A stretch of 64,000 bases of DNA from contig NC_043010.1 of assembly GCF_006345805.1 (NCBI RefSeq), forward strand, positions 38,068,001-38,132,000, in the 5' to 3' direction. Every line of letters starts with the position of its first letter. The first letter of the stretch is position 1. Positions 12,501 through 25,872 of this stretch are shown piece after piece. Position numbers and translations under genes: made by a program. The stretch is from Octopus sinensis. Its lineage: Eukaryota. The notes below the pieces were generated by a model. It made no database searches, was not told the origin of the DNA, and saw nothing but the letters and a program-made list of their open reading frames with translations.

Positions 12501-14560
12501 CATCCTTTCGGGGTCAATTAAATAAGTACCAGTTACGACTTAATCCGTTTGTCTGTCCTTGTTCGTCTTTTCTGAATTTAGCCCCTTGTGGGTAGTAAAG
12601 AAATAGGTATTTCGCCCGTTGCTACGTTCTGAGTTCAAATTCCGCCGAGGTCAACTTTGCCTTTCATCCTCGATAAATTAAGTACCAGTGATACACTGGG
12701 AGTCGATGTAATCGACTTGTCTCCTTCCCCATATTTCAGGCCTTGTGCTTTTAGTAAAAAGGATTATTATTATTATTATTGATAAGGCGGTGAGCTGGCA
12801 GAATCGTTAGCACGGTGGGGAAAATGTTTAGCAACATTTCGTCCGTTTTTACATTCTGCGTTCAAATTCCGCCGAGGTCGATTTTGCCTTTGATCCTTTC
12901 GGGGTCGATAGATTAAGTACCAGTTACGTACTGGGGTCGATTTAATCGACTTAGCCCCCCTCCCGCAAGATGGCTCCCCTTGTGGAAAAAATTGGAAACC
13001 ATCATCATTATTATTATTATTATTATAATTATTGATCGGCAGAATTGTTAATGGGGTTGAGAGAATCCGAAGAGGGACTTAGATAATAGGTAGATCGACT
13101 GACAGAATGGTAGCGGGACCGAGACCGAGACAATTGGTAGACCAACTGACTGCAGAATCGGATGAGCGACTGACAATCGGTGGAGAGAGAGCTTGATAGA
13201 AAATTTAGTAAGACTGGCAAGAAGAATTGTTAAACTGACGGACACTTTAGGTAGAGTGACTGGTGACAGCCTCACTAGAACAACATGCAGAATGTCTTGG
13301 AGCATAGAGTTACGTCCATTTCCCTTTCATGTGTTCACATCCTGCGTAGGTGGACTTGATTCTCCGTTCTATTAGAGAGAGGAGTAAAGTATCAGTGAAG
13401 TACCAGGGTCGATATAATCGCTTGTTTCTCCTCCCAAGTACACCTGGCCTTATGCCGAGAGTAGGACTACTACTACTAATAATAATAGTAATAATAGTTT
13501 CAAATTTTGGTGCAAGGCCAGCAATTTTAAGGGTAGTGTGGGTGAGTCGAATACGTCGACCCCAGTACTCAAACTGGCACTTATTTTATTGATCCCGAAA
13601 GGATGAAAGGCAAGGAAGACCTCGGCGGAATTTGAACTCAGAATGCAAAGAACGTCAAGATAGACTAAATACCGCTAAGCACTTTATCCGGCATGTTAAC
13701 GATTATGCCAGCTCACCGCCTTGAATAATAATAATAATAATAATTCTCTTTTACTTGTTTCAGTCATTTGACTGCGGCCATGCTGGAGTACCGCCTTTAG
13801 TCGAGGAAATTATTCTTTGTAAGCCTAGTACTTATTCTATCGGTCTCTTTTACCGAACCGCTATGTTACGGGGACGCAAACACACCAGCATCAGTTGTCA
13901 AGCGATGTTGGGAGGACAAACACACAAACATATACACACACACATACACATATATACGATGGGCTTCTTTCAGTTATCGTCTACCAAGTTCACTCACAAG
14001 GCTTTGGTCGGCCCGAGGCTATAATAGAAGACACTTGCCGAAGGTGCCACGCAGTGGGACTGAACCCAGAACCGCATGGTTGGTATGAATAATAATAATA
14101 ATAAGAAGAAGCTATTATTATTAAGGTGGCGAGCTGTCAGAATCGTTAGCACCGGAGGCAAAATACTTAGCGGTATCTTTTCCGGCTTTACCCGCCGAGG
14201 TCGATTTTGCCTTTCATCTTGAGGGCCGATAAAATTAAATACTAGTCAAGTACTGCAGACGATGTAATCGACTAGCCTCTTGGCACCCCACCCCCTGCCC
14301 AAAATTAAAAAAAAATTGGCCTTGTGCGATAGTAGAAAAAATTATTATTATTGCTCAGGTGACGAGCTGGCAGAATCGTTAGCACGCCTGGAAAAAATGC
14401 TTAGCTAGATTTCGTCCGTCTTTACGTTCTGAGTTCAAATTCCACCGAGGTCATCCTTTCAGGGTCGATAAATTAAGTACCAGTCAAGTACTGGGGTTGA
14501 TAGTATCGACTTAGCCCCTCCCCACAAATTTCAGGCCTTGTGCCTTTAGTAGAAAAGATT
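8278..14560. mobile_element. Dense cluster of roughly 17 family A SINE copies or fragments, mostly + strand, separated by (ATT)n
   Basis: Approximate starts at 8278, 9088, 9318, 9840, 10060, 10500, 10805, 11140(-), 11515, 11735, 12245, 12400, 12785, 13390, 13500(-), 14120 and 14355, all sharing TTTGCCTTTCATCCTTTCGGGGTCGATAAA. Confidence 0.85.
13745..14085 (-). mobile_element. SINE family B (tRNA-like head, CORE-like GCACCTTGGGCAAGTGTC segment, internal TA/CA microsatellite)
   Basis: Collinear with the copies at 34766-35165 and 35252-35653. Confidence 0.85.
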
Positions 14561-15069
14561 ATTATTAACTACTTTAGTACAACCTTTCCTCCCCACAAAA
14601 TCAAAGCCATTGTGCATCAGCTAGACGTCCTCATAAGTATTATCATTATAATTATAATAATTATTATTATTTTCATTAATTGTATTATCATCAACATCAT
14701 CTTCATCATTGTTATTGTTATGTTTGTTTTTACTCTGTCTCATTTTTTTATATAATTCTTTATATTTTTTGTTGTTGCCTTTGAAATCAGGAACTCTCTC
14801 TCTCTCTCTCTCTTTGTCTTCTTGCTCCTCTACTCCTCTCCCCCCTCTCTCTCCTACTGTGTATGTCTTGTTCTTTTCTTCACTTTCCTCTTATCTTTCT
14901 CTATCTCTCTTCTCTCCATCCATTGAATATATTTTTTACTGTACAGACTTGAAAATAATTAGTGAAAAAGTAAAAAAAAAAATAAATAATTAATAATAAT
15001 AATTGAATCGGTGAAATGAAATTGTTTATGTGTCTATAACTATGTGCATACATGCATGAATATAATACA

Positions 15070-15104
<35 letters not shown>

Positions 15105-15106
<2 letters not shown>

Positions 15107-15450
15107 TATTGCTGAGACCACCTTCGGTCATGATCATGACTGACCATGGGATTGCTCCTAGAAAGTTACTCTCCGAGGCACAAGTCCGGGCAAGGTTGTT
15201 TATGGAAGATCAGCAGTCGCCCATGCATACCGGCCTCGCCTCTCTACACCACGAGTGTTATCCAAGGGGAAAGGCAAAGGAGCCGATGGCACCTGTGACG
15301 TCGCAACTCATTTCTGCAGCTGAGTGAACTGGAGCAATGTGAAATAAAGTGTCTTGCTCAAGAACACAACACGCACCCCAGTCCGGGATTCGAGCTCACA
15401 ACCTCACGATCATAAGCTCGACGCTCTAACCATTGAGTCATGTGCCTTCA
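15105..15450 (-). mobile_element. tRNA-derived SINE, family D (CORE-like CTTGAGCAAGACACTTTATTTCAC)
   Basis: The minus strand reads GTGAAGGCACATGACTCAATGGTTAGAGCG...GAGCTCGAATCCCGG (A and B boxes). Related copies lie at about 30520-30800(-), 33648-33967(+) and 38200-38355(-). Confidence 0.8.
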
Positions 15451-16306
15451 CACATATATATGTAACTCGAATAAGGAGACAAAGAAAATCTTTAATTCAT
15501 CTTTAATGATTAATTACAATTGTTTCTGTGCCAATTCTGTTTTCAGCACCAGTTCATGCCTAAGTTCAAAGTGAAAATTTACCTAATATTTACGATTTTA
15601 GACCTTAGAGGGGCACTTGCTCAGACCTGCATCAAAGGTGTGGATTTACATCGTGCATATATATTGGTGGGGGGCGGTGATGCCACAAAAATTCAAGAAC
15701 TTCGAGAAAACCTGAAGTATCCATTTTTGGAACTATGAAGCTCGAAGCGGATAAAACTATAAATATCCGTGTAAATTTTGGTTTAAAAATACGTTCTACC
15801 GTTGGACCGAAGCATTCCGTCTGATTTCCCTGTCCAACGGTGCAATGGTAGAACGTCTGTCATGGTTACAGGAAATGTTGGTTCAAGTCTCACGGGCATT
15901 CTTCGATTTTCCCAATCTGGCTTTGCGTTGTGTTCTTGAGCAAGACACTTTATTTCACGTTACTCCAGTCCACTCAGCTGCTGACGTGTAAACCGTGTAA
16001 CGGATTTACCTTCCGATCAGGGGCAAATGTTAGCCCGCTCGCCCAGCCAGCGGAGTAGCAACAATCGAAAGCTAAAGCGATGCAAAAGCGCATTGTGACC
16101 AGCGATGTATAACAACATCCGATAGTCTTGTCGGTCACGTGATCATGTGAATTTATATCTTTACCTGCTTCGAGTTTCACCGTTCCAAATAAATGAATAA
16201 ATAAATAAAGTCCAAGTTGACTGGGCCTTCAAGTTTTACATTTCTGCTTGTTCTCTGATTGAATAAGCTACGCTTACAGAAAAAAAAAAAACTGCTTGGC
16301 GCTTAC

Positions 16307-16447
16307 ACGACTATTTTTATTCCGACCAGCTACGGCTTTGAATCTGCCCAGGGTTATCTCCCTTCGGTATTTCCCATTGAGGAAGGCTAAAAAATCAGAA
16401 ACGGCCGTCTGGAAATCCGATAGGGTTTTTTTTTTATCCTTTACCAT
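16307..16447 (-). CDS. Candidate coding exon of an unidentified minus-strand gene
   Basis: ATG-initiated 47-codon stretch MVKDKKKTLSDFQTAVSDFLAFLNGKYRREITLGRFKAVAGRNKNSR ending exactly in phase at a GTAAGC donor (16306-16301). It lies in unique, non-repetitive sequence. No homolog recognised. Confidence 0.3.
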
Positions 16448-19400
16448 GAGAAAAAATTTTCCCCCGTGGAAACTACAGTGAATTTGCCTTCCGAAGTTAA
16501 AATATGCCACAAACGTTTTAACTAACCTAAAGTTCATTCATACAATACAATACACACACATACAAAATACATACCATACAATACAAGGACATGGTATTTC
16601 TAGTTTTGCTTCTAATTTTCTGTTTAAAACACTCTTAAATTACAAAAACTCATATGTTCTCCACATTTCAGAAGAATCGGACAGGAAAATTGGATAAAGT
16701 TTTTCTTTCTTTTTTTTTCTTTACCGGGAGGGCGGTGGGTATTTTGTGGCATTTTACAAAATAAAATCTCCTTAAATAATAAAAACTGAGATGTGAATTT
16801 AAACCGAAATTCTATATAAGAAATACAAATATATTTTTTCCTTTTTTTTCTTCTTCTTGTCGATTGAAATTTGAATTTCGTTGTTCCTCTAAAACATAAC
16901 AATAATACAATTAAAAAAAAACATGTTATTGATTCTACAAAACTTTTTTGCGATATTTATGTCTGATATTTTTAAAAGCCAGCTGTGGATGTCAAGTCCT
17001 CTACCTTAGTAATACTTGTTTGTTTCTCTGAAGAGCCATCTGAAGTTCTCCTCCTCTAATCACTGCTCTGGTCATTTACGAAGGTCAAGTGAAACAAAGA
17101 TGATGCTACTGTCCACCTGTCACAATGTGGCCTCACACATAAGACTTGGATACTCGGGGATAATCCTAAGTTAAACCAAACAAAAAATAAGACCTGTGAC
17201 GTTTACAATCTTTGAACAACAAACAAGGGAAATAACTCCAATAAAGGCATTCAAATGGAATTTTTGGAAAATATAAACAATACGGATTGGTTGAAGTGAA
17301 TCTTGTTTTAACGCCAATTAGTGAAAGTAATCGACATGTTTCACTCTTAGACCTTTTCAGCGAAATCTAGGTGAATAATATCTGTGTGGTGAGAGAGAAT
17401 GTCGTATACCATCAACTATAGCAGAGCGAAAGTATCTTGGAGCGTTTTAACTCAATAAATATGAACGCAGAAGAGTTTCACAAATATACGATATAGGACG
17501 TTGAAAAATACTCATCAACCGAGGTTTTATCCACGTAATTAGTCGGCAAAACTTCCCCTGGAGAGTGTTTTAAAATCTAAAAACCAATAAAGGGAAATAA
17601 CTTCGGCTTGATCAGATGAGTTCATCTAGAATCTGGGACAAAATAAGCATTACAGATTTGGAGTGAATCTGTGTGGAAGCAAAAGATGTGGTCTTGTTAA
17701 ACCTAGTCATCTTTCGTTTAATTGGCAAAGATTCATCGGCTAACGAGCTTCATTTCTACTGGATCACAGCTGTGCTTTTCCTTCAATCTGTCTTCTACTA
17801 CTACTACTACATAGATCTTTCATCCTCCGTACAGGCGAGTTATATTCCATCCTCGCTTCTGATCTGAAGGATATATATACATCCTGACATAATCAAGCCA
17901 AGGTAGCACTAATGTGTTTATGATATTTTCGTATTTTATGAATAAAATATTATTACAGTAATAATCATGTGGCAAGTAGTTTAAGAATATAGGTTAAAAT
18001 AGGACAGAATTTAGACGTGTGGGGAAGAAAAGACATTCATAAGTATTCTGCTTGTAAAATCAAGATGTTTACGAGAAGATACATGACAGCAACAAAGAAC
18101 CAACATAGATGTGTACGTGTTTTTAAAGTCTGGAAATTATTTTCTCAGAAAATCATCTCTTAATCAGTTTAAAGTGTCTTGTGGTTTAAGGTAACTGATT
18201 CTCTTATGTCGAGGCTATGTAAGAGTTGGAGAAATTATACGGTTTTTACAATCGCTGTTTATGAAAGTATAGGATTGAATACATTTTAGCTTTAATCTGG
18301 CGAATAACTGGCTCTACAAACAGCCGGTTTCTGGTTGGTTAAAATAACGAAACAACAGTGTACTTTGTGTAAATACTGTCTCTTGGTAATGAGTTTTGTT
18401 AAGTTGTTACACCTATTTCAGTACGTATCTTGTAGATTTAAAACTAAAACTACCGATGATATAAACCCTTTAATAGAAGTGCAGTAAATATTAGTTATAC
18501 TTGTACTGAAAATCTTGCCACTTTATAACAATGATTAATGAAAGAAATTAGTGATGCTCTATCACTAAATCCGACGAATTTCGGAAGAGATTATGTTTCG
18601 AGAACGAAGTGTTTGGGGTGACCGCTGAGCTTCCCTAACTATCAAGCCTGTAATAAAATTATTCCTAATATTTCACTCTCCTCGAATACATGCAAAATTC
18701 TAATTATAATTAACTAAAATTTCCCTGTTGTCGTCCTTTTGCTATGATTAACTTAGATTAATGTTAATCCTTGAACGTATTTTCCGCTCGCTTGATATCA
18801 AAACGTCCAAGATAATTCGAATTAATTAAAATTTATTTTGCTCACTACATCATACATGTTATTAGTCACTCAATCATAGGAATATACCATTAGCATCATT
18901 CTTGGGTCAATGTTAAGGATTGGACTTCGTTGGACATTTTCTAGGCTGCAGTTTATAAGATCTGATAAAAGGCGTTGCTGTTTAAATCAACCTGCCGTCT
19001 TTTAAACAAAGTATCAAGGATTACATTATCCAATAGGCCCTTTGTATCCCTTTTTACAGACAGTAAGATATGATAAGAGACAGACTTGGTTACTAATTTT
19101 TGCAAGTCGAGCTGTCTTTTAATATTTTTCTATCAAAATATTTAAAACTACATTATTCGGTATGCCGTTATTTTTTTTAAAAGTCAGTACAGTCTGATTT
19201 GAGGGAGATTCGTCTGTTATTTCTAGTAGGCTAGTCGACTACATAGAGCCTCCTGGCTCTTTTCCTAAGCAATACTTGGCCAGCAAAAATGCACACTTAC
19301 CACTGAGCAGGTTCGGTGTGAAAACATTAGTTGACCATTTAAGAAAAGCATTTTCTGAACTCATGCAAAAGCGTCTACATGGTCACCCAGATTCCTAATG

Positions 19401-19463
19401 TAGTTGCTCTTTAACTCTTTCATACCACAATATAACATCTTAAGAAATTGAATGTGTATTGTA

Positions 19464-20755
19464 TTGGGTTGGCAACTAAGTTCCCGTGATTTTTTTTTTG
19501 GGGGGGGGGGTTGCAATTAAAATTTTTTTTAAAGTTTAATAAAAAAAAAATGACAACTAATTAATCAATAATGTATTCATCCTTGTTGTTTACAACTTCT
19601 TCCCAACGTTCAACGAGATTTTCAATACCTCGTTTGTAGAAAGCACCCGATTTTGACTCGAAAAATTGATCCAACCAAGCTCTCAATTCTGCATTTGTAT
19701 TGAACGAAACTCCGCGCATAATATTTGAAAGAGACCGAAAGAGGTAGAAATCCGTTGGTGTAAAATCAGGAGAGTACGGCGGGTGTGGCAGCACATCCCA
19801 GCCATGCGTTTAAATGGCTTACTTGGTCGTATTGGCGATATGAGAGCGGGCGTTGTCCTGCAGTTGAAGAACTCCATGCTGCCAATTAGGTCTTTTCTCT
19901 TGAATAGCCGTGTTGAGTCGTTCCATCTGTTGAACATAGAGTTCCACGTTGACCGTTTGGTTCCGTTCAAACAATTCGTAATGAATAATCCCTTACCAGT
20001 CCCACCATACGCACAATATCGTTTTACGCGGAGGAAGATCTTGTTTCACGCGCGGTGTCGCTTCTTTACTGGGGCTAAGCCATTGCTTACGCTGCTTCAT
20101 ATTAATGTACAGGCACCATTTTTCGTCGCCAGTAACGATTCGGTAAAGAAATCGTTGCTTGTGTCCATGGGTTGAACAGTGACGAGCAAGCAAACCAGCG
20201 GAGATTGTGGCTCGTTGATTTTTGTTGTTGTTACTTAAAGCATGCGAAACCCATGATCCATACTTCTGAACCTTTCCCATCGAGTGAAGATATTTCTCTA
20301 TAGCAGTGTGGGAGAATTCCATTTTCTCTGCCAGTTCCCTATGTTTAATCGCTCTTCATCAAAATCAACTGGACGGCCCGAACGAGGTGCGTCTTTGAGG
20401 GCAAAATTTCCATTTTTGAACTTGGCATACCAATCACGAGCGGTTCTCTCAGCTATGGCATCCTCTCCATACACAGCACAAATGTCGCGAGCAACTTTTG
20501 TGGCCTTAGAACCCTGTTTAAAAGCAAAAAGAAGGAGGTATCGAAAATGATCGTTTTCTTAACTTGACATTCCATTTTAATGATCTGAAAATAAACAAAA
20601 ATTAACTAAAATTAACTAGAAAAAAACAAACAAACAAAATAGATTCCAAAATGATTCAAAAATAGAATTCTCGAAAAGAAAATAGTTTCCAAAATTTAAA
20701 AAAGCAATAAATTCCAAAATTAAAAAAGACGGCAGGAACTTAGTTGCCAACCCAA
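19464..20755 (-). mobile_element. Full-length defective mariner (DD34D) transposon, 1292 bp
   Basis: Perfect 21-bp TIR TTGGGTTGGCAACTAAGTTCC at 19464-19484 and 20735-20755, TA target duplications at 19462-19463 and 20756-20757, and a transposase pseudogene inside. Confidence 0.97.
19561..20575 (-). pseudogene. Mariner transposase pseudogene
   Basis: Reconstructed as MECQVKK/NDHFRYLLLFAF...WYAKFKNG...RSGRP...WVSHAL...IVTGDEKW...CVWWDW*GIIHYEL...QDNARSH...PHPPYSPDFTPTDFYLFRSL...ERWEEVVNNKDEYIID. It has two frameshifts (after KK, and at a deletion after DEERLN) and three in-frame TAA stops. Confidence 0.95.
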
Positions 20756-20796
20756 TATATATATGTATGTATGTATATAGGTATGCGTGTGAGTAA

Positions 20797-20838
<42 letters not shown>

Positions 20839-21784
20839 TCACACATTTTTGGTCAAATATAAATTGGAATTAAATGGTTTAAATTTACTGTCAGGTGACT
20901 TTTGGCCGATATATATATATATATATATAGGAGATAAATAAAAATATATGCATACATACAAACATATATGTACGTACCTACATCTACATGTATATATACA
21001 TGCATATATAAATAATTATACGGAAGTACAGGACATCACAATAAGACGTAGAAACAGAAAAAGCCAAAAACAAAAAACAAGAAAACGGAAAACGAAAACC
21101 AAATACAGGACAGGTTACACAAGGACAAAACCCCCGTCATCAGCTGTCGCTAGAGGAGTCAGGCATGTTTCGAAGGCATAACAGAACACTAATCCAATAG
21201 GCCTTCCTGCGAGAGAATTAAAATAAAATTTCAAGCAGCGGGGCACAATGAGTACGAACACAAACAAGACGTAACAATAAGACTGCAAAATTAAAATACA
21301 TGTACAAAAACAAACACAAGAGGACGAACGAAAAAGCCTTTTTTCTGGCATAGACAAACAATAAAACTGCAAAAATAAAAATACATGTACAAAAAGTACA
21401 ATTAGTTACAAAACGAGAAAATAACAAGAATACTATACAGGAAATTAACCACACAAGGGGACGAACGAAGAAGCCTTTTTGCTGGCAAGGACGAAAGTGT
21501 AGTATATATATATATATATATATATACATACATATATATATGATTCAGATGAATATGGCACTTAAGTTGAGGCACCAGAATTTAGTATGGTATTATCCAT
21601 ACAATTTCAAAGTAAGGGGATTAAAATCAAAATAAGCAACAAGGATATACATAATGCATATATATATCCAGAGGTAATACATATATATATATAAAGGGAA
21701 AGTTTACGAAAGTAAACAAAAGACGAAGGCAGGTGGTGTACAAACAAACAAATGTATTCGTATATCGCTCAGGAATAGAAAAAG

Positions 21785-21822
21785 TCTTTTATGTTTCGAG
21801 CCTATGCTCTTCTACAGAAAGA
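21785..21822 (-). ncRNA. Minimal type I hammerhead-like motif (A6-to-U core, decayed helix III)
   Basis: The minus strand reads TCTTT-CTGTAGA-A-GAGC(ATAG)GCTC-GAAAC-AT-A-AAAGA. It lies in a repeat of about 200 bp (21692-21890) shared with 49398-49600. Confidence 0.55.
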
Positions 21823-21890
21823 TACACAGAAAAAAAACAAGGAGAGAAAAAAATGTGTGTAGTAGCTAACGATCTATCATGGTGTATATA

Positions 21891-21937
<47 letters not shown>

Positions 21938-21945
21938 CACGTATG

Positions 21946-22196
21946 TATCGTTGCTATTTTGCTGAGCTATCGTATGTCCAAATTTGGCCAAATGCGTTTT
22001 TTTTTCCAGTATTTATTTCTGCTTACAATAGCCGGTTCTTTTGGTCAAACTATCATATCTCCAGCTGTTTCAGATGCCGAGATATCAAAAGTTGTCAAAG
22101 TGTAGTACAATGGTTTTGCTATGGAATGGTGAAACTATTTTTGCGTTTTCAGAAAAAGCAACGTTTTGGACTTACGACACTTTTGCATTATAGCAA

Positions 22197-22201
<5 letters not shown>
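21946..22201. mobile_element. MITE with short TIRs and TA flanks
   Basis: TATCGTTGCTAT (21946-21957) and ATAGCAACGATA (22190-22201) are exact inverted copies, embedded in TA-rich microsatellite. Confidence 0.5.
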
Positions 22202-22232
<31 letters not shown>

Positions 22233-22449
22233 GTAAATTTCCAAATTTGGTTAATAGGGATATACAATCCTAGCGGGTACCGTATTCCCTTTTACCGGTT
22301 AACAATGCTGGATAGTCTCAGAAACATATGTAGATACTGACATGGAAAGATGTAGTTAAGTGCAAAATAAAATCTGGGTTTATAAATCTCTGTTCTCCAT
22401 AATTATTAATTTACATGTGTGTGTGTGTGTACATATATGTATAGCTGTA

Positions 22450-22484
<35 letters not shown>

Positions 22485-22544
22485 GTGTGTGTGTGTGTGT
22501 GTATGTAAGTATACGAGCAAGATGCCCCCTCCCCCCGTCCATAA

Positions 22545-23310
22545 GGGGCTAAACACAGAGGAGACAAACAAGGACAGACAAACAGATTAAGTCGATTACA
22601 TTGACCCCAGTGCGTAACTGGTACTTAATTTATCGACTCCGAAAGGATGAAAGGTAATGTCGACCTGGGTGCAATTTGAACTCAGAACGTAACGGCAGAC
22701 GAAATACCTATTTCTTTACTACCCATTAGGGGCTAAACACAGAGGGGACAAACAAGGACAGACAAACGGATTAAGTCGATTACATTGACCCCAGTGCGTA
22801 ACTGGTACTTATTTAATCGACTCCGAAAGGATGAAAGGCAAAGTCGACCTGGGTGCAATTTGAACTCAGAACGTAGCGGCAGACGAAATACCTATTTCTT
22901 TACTGCTGATAAGGGGCTAAACAAAGAGGGGACAAACAAGGACAGACAAACGGATTAAGTCGATTACATCGACCCCAGTGCGTAACTGATACTAAATTTA
23001 TCGGCCCCGAAAGGATGAAAGGTAAAGTCGACCTCGGCGGAATTTGAACTCGGAATGTAACGGCAGACGAAATGCCTATTTTTTTTTTACTACCCACAAG
23101 GGGCTAAACACAGAGAAGAGAAACAAGGACAGGCAAACGGATTAAGTCGATTATATCGACCCCAGTGCGTAACTGGTACTTATTTGATCGACACCGAAAG
23201 GATGAAAGGCAAAGTCGACCTCAGCGGAATTTGAACTCTGAACGTAACGGCAGACGAAACACGGCTACGCATTTCGCCCGGCGTGCTAACGTTTTTGCCT
23301 GCTCGCCGCC
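22545..23310 (-). repeat. Family A SINE tetramer (one head plus four bodies of about 183 bp in tandem)
   Basis: Four units joined at GACGAAAT(A/G)|CCTATTT, with the tRNA-like head only at the right end. Confidence 0.9.
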
Positions 23311-24098
23311 CTCTTGTCCTAGTTTGTGACCATGATTATCGATAAGGCGTTTGCAAATCCAGTATCCAAGCTACAAGTTCAGCTTCATACCTATTATTGT
23401 TGAAGCAACAGGATTATAGATGGTCGTGGTCTCACATGGTGAGACCAGCTAATAACGACTCCGTTCAGAAAGCTGGAACAGAAGGTGTCATCCGAAGAAA
23501 CAACACTGTACAATGAATTCATAGAATCAATCTATAGTTTTTAAATGCTTTTTACTGCAGGTCACAAATATATACAAGTTGAATAATTCATGAAAAGTAT
23601 TAACAAAGAGATCATGTTCAGCTTCTGTGTATCCTACGTCATAGCTGCTCAATGTCTATTAGCTGTTGTGTGCGTTATGCAAGAGCTTTTAAGGTCACGT
23701 CCTCGCACGCTGTTGTCTTGATGACAAAGAGAAAGGACTAAGTGCTGGAACCTCAGAGTTACATGCTGTGCCATCTAGTGGAGAGCTATTTAGACAGCTA
23801 CCATCAGGGGAGGTAACTGCGTCTAAAGGATATATAATTAGCCCGTTTGGAGCAAAGTATGGCTGAACTTGGGTTCTTGGGGGTGAGAACGCAAATCCTT
23901 AATTCATCATACACTACAAGTGATCGTGATATCCGGAACTATAAAAATTTGCAAGATCTTCTTAAGATTTAAAGGATGGTGAAGAAATCAAGATGCTTTC
24001 CTTCACAACCTTGCTTCCATGGAGGGGGCCGGTCAAAATTTACTCTGAAATAAAAAGAAAAAGAGAACATACATACATACATACATACATACATACAT

Positions 24099-24129
<31 letters not shown>

Positions 24130-24249
24130 TACACACACACACACACACACCACACACACACACACACACATACATACATACATACATACATACATACATA
24201 CATACATACATACATACATACATACATACATACATACATACATACATAC

Positions 24250-24765
24250 ATGGTGGCTGCCCCCTCGTTATCGAGTATGGCCATTGCACGGAGCTTAATC
24301 AATGCCTGTGCAAGAAGATTTTTTTTAAAGTGAGGAAAGGCTGTGCACTGAGTCATTCCCACTCACTAAGCAACAGCAGCCATAATCCGAAAAGAAGAAC
24401 AAGTTAACATCATTGGTAACCACTGAGCCGCAGGTTTTATTTCGGAGTTATCCCAGTTACCTGAGTTACCTTCTCCTAGAAGGAAGCCCTAACAAAGGCT
24501 AGGAGTCCTTCACTCCCAATCGTTTAACCGCGCGATCGGGTATTCAGTCCGATTATTTCTATGTCCCCGCGCATGATACAGCCTTAAGACATTTATTGGA
24601 TGGCCGTTGACTCTCAAGAGTTCCTCCGCCCTTTGACGGGTTTTGTTTTTCATCCCGCAGGGTGTCCAATAAACACCCTCCTCACCAAGCAAGCTTGGTG
24701 GGGTTGCCTGTTTAGTCGCCGACGACCCGACCATGCAACAGGTTGTACTGTGTTACATACATACA
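24250..24765 (-). mobile_element. Non-autonomous retroelement-like insert in (TACA)n, possibly RTE-related
   Basis: A unique GC-richer block of about 510 bp bounded on both sides by (CATA)n. The minus strand contains CTAGGAGAAGGTAACTC...AAATAAAACC, which resembles RTE-clade 5' UTR motifs as I recall them. Confidence 0.4.
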
Positions 24766-25358
24766 TACATACATACTTACAAGGAGGCGTTATCATCCAC
24801 TTTGAGAAGCATTGTTGTACGCATAACAACATTATCAATTTTTATTTAATTTCTTTCCTTATTTCTGTATTTCTTCCTTTCTTTTCTTTCTCTTAATTTT
24901 TTTTTTTTCACTTCTCTTCCAAAGACACTAGATTGCAGCCAGGGAGTGGTCTGGCTGCTATTCCTAATCGTACAATAACCTCACATAAAATTTCTTTTCT
25001 TTGTCTTTCAAGAAGCCTGCGTGTCAGTATGCGAGGTCAAAGACCAGTAGCTGTAATCTATTCAGAATGGCGAATGTACGTTTTTAGAACACCATGCACA
25101 TTTGCGTGTATATATATACATATCAAAAACGAAGATTCGTCATTATATTACGTCTATTACGTAGACGTAAAGTCTTTTTACCATTTATGGAAGTCTATAC
25201 CAGAACCGATACGATTATTATCAGGAAAACCTTATATGTTGCACGGAATTAATTAGTTAAGAAAACACATCATTTTATCCGATTCGTCTGAGAATGTTTC
25301 TGCAGTATTAGTGTGTGTTTGTGTAAAGAATAAGTGTTCATATGTGTGCGTGTGCATG

Positions 25359-25523
<165 letters not shown>

Positions 25524-25630
25524 ATACATACATATATACATGTGTGTGTGACTGTGTGTGTCTATAAAATATACACACACATATATATATATATGTACAT
25601 ATATATGTGTGTATATACATATATATATAT

Positions 25631-25683
<53 letters not shown>

Positions 25684-25794
25684 AATTCGGGGTGAGTACT
25701 TGATAATTATAAGCACCTGTGTATACCGTTTGGTGGTGTAGGTGGTGGAGTAAATTGATCAAAATAAAAATAAAAACATGATGCGAAGGATTCA

Positions 25795-25872
25795 GCGGTA
25801 CATATGTTTCGGGCCTTTATTAGACAGATTTATAACAATGCATAATGTATGTCTGTGGCCTTCTTCAGCCGC
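25795..25872 (-). ncRNA. Minimal type I hammerhead ribozyme, canonical core
   Basis: The minus strand reads GCGG-CTGAAGA-AGGCC(ACAGA...TCTGT)GGCCC-GAAA-CATATG-TA-CCGC. This gives a 4-bp helix I GCGG/CCGC, an extended helix II, a palindromic helix III ACATATGT, and a GUA cleavage triplet with H17 at 25799. Confidence 0.8.

Noticed and set aside
15598-15720. Possible + strand exon LRGALAQTCIKGVDLHRAYILVGGGDATKIQELRENL
   Set aside because: Splice sites are plausible but weak, there is no recognisable homolog, and no partner exon was found.
17000-19400. Decayed piggyBac-like transposase (AFIGVISL, DRW..SSLFHL fragments, minus strand)
   Set aside because: Only short scattered resemblances across many stops, and no TIR or TTAA found. 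It needs a profile search.
21125-21170. CTGATGA and GAAAC on the minus strand in permuted order
   Set aside because: There is no GUH triplet or helix I/III pairing consistent with a type II hammerhead.
22300-22340. GAAAC-ATAT-GTA half motif
   Set aside because: No CUGANGA-like core or helix II upstream.
23340-23970. Unique island with short open frames
   Set aside because: No recognisable domain or consistent splice signals.
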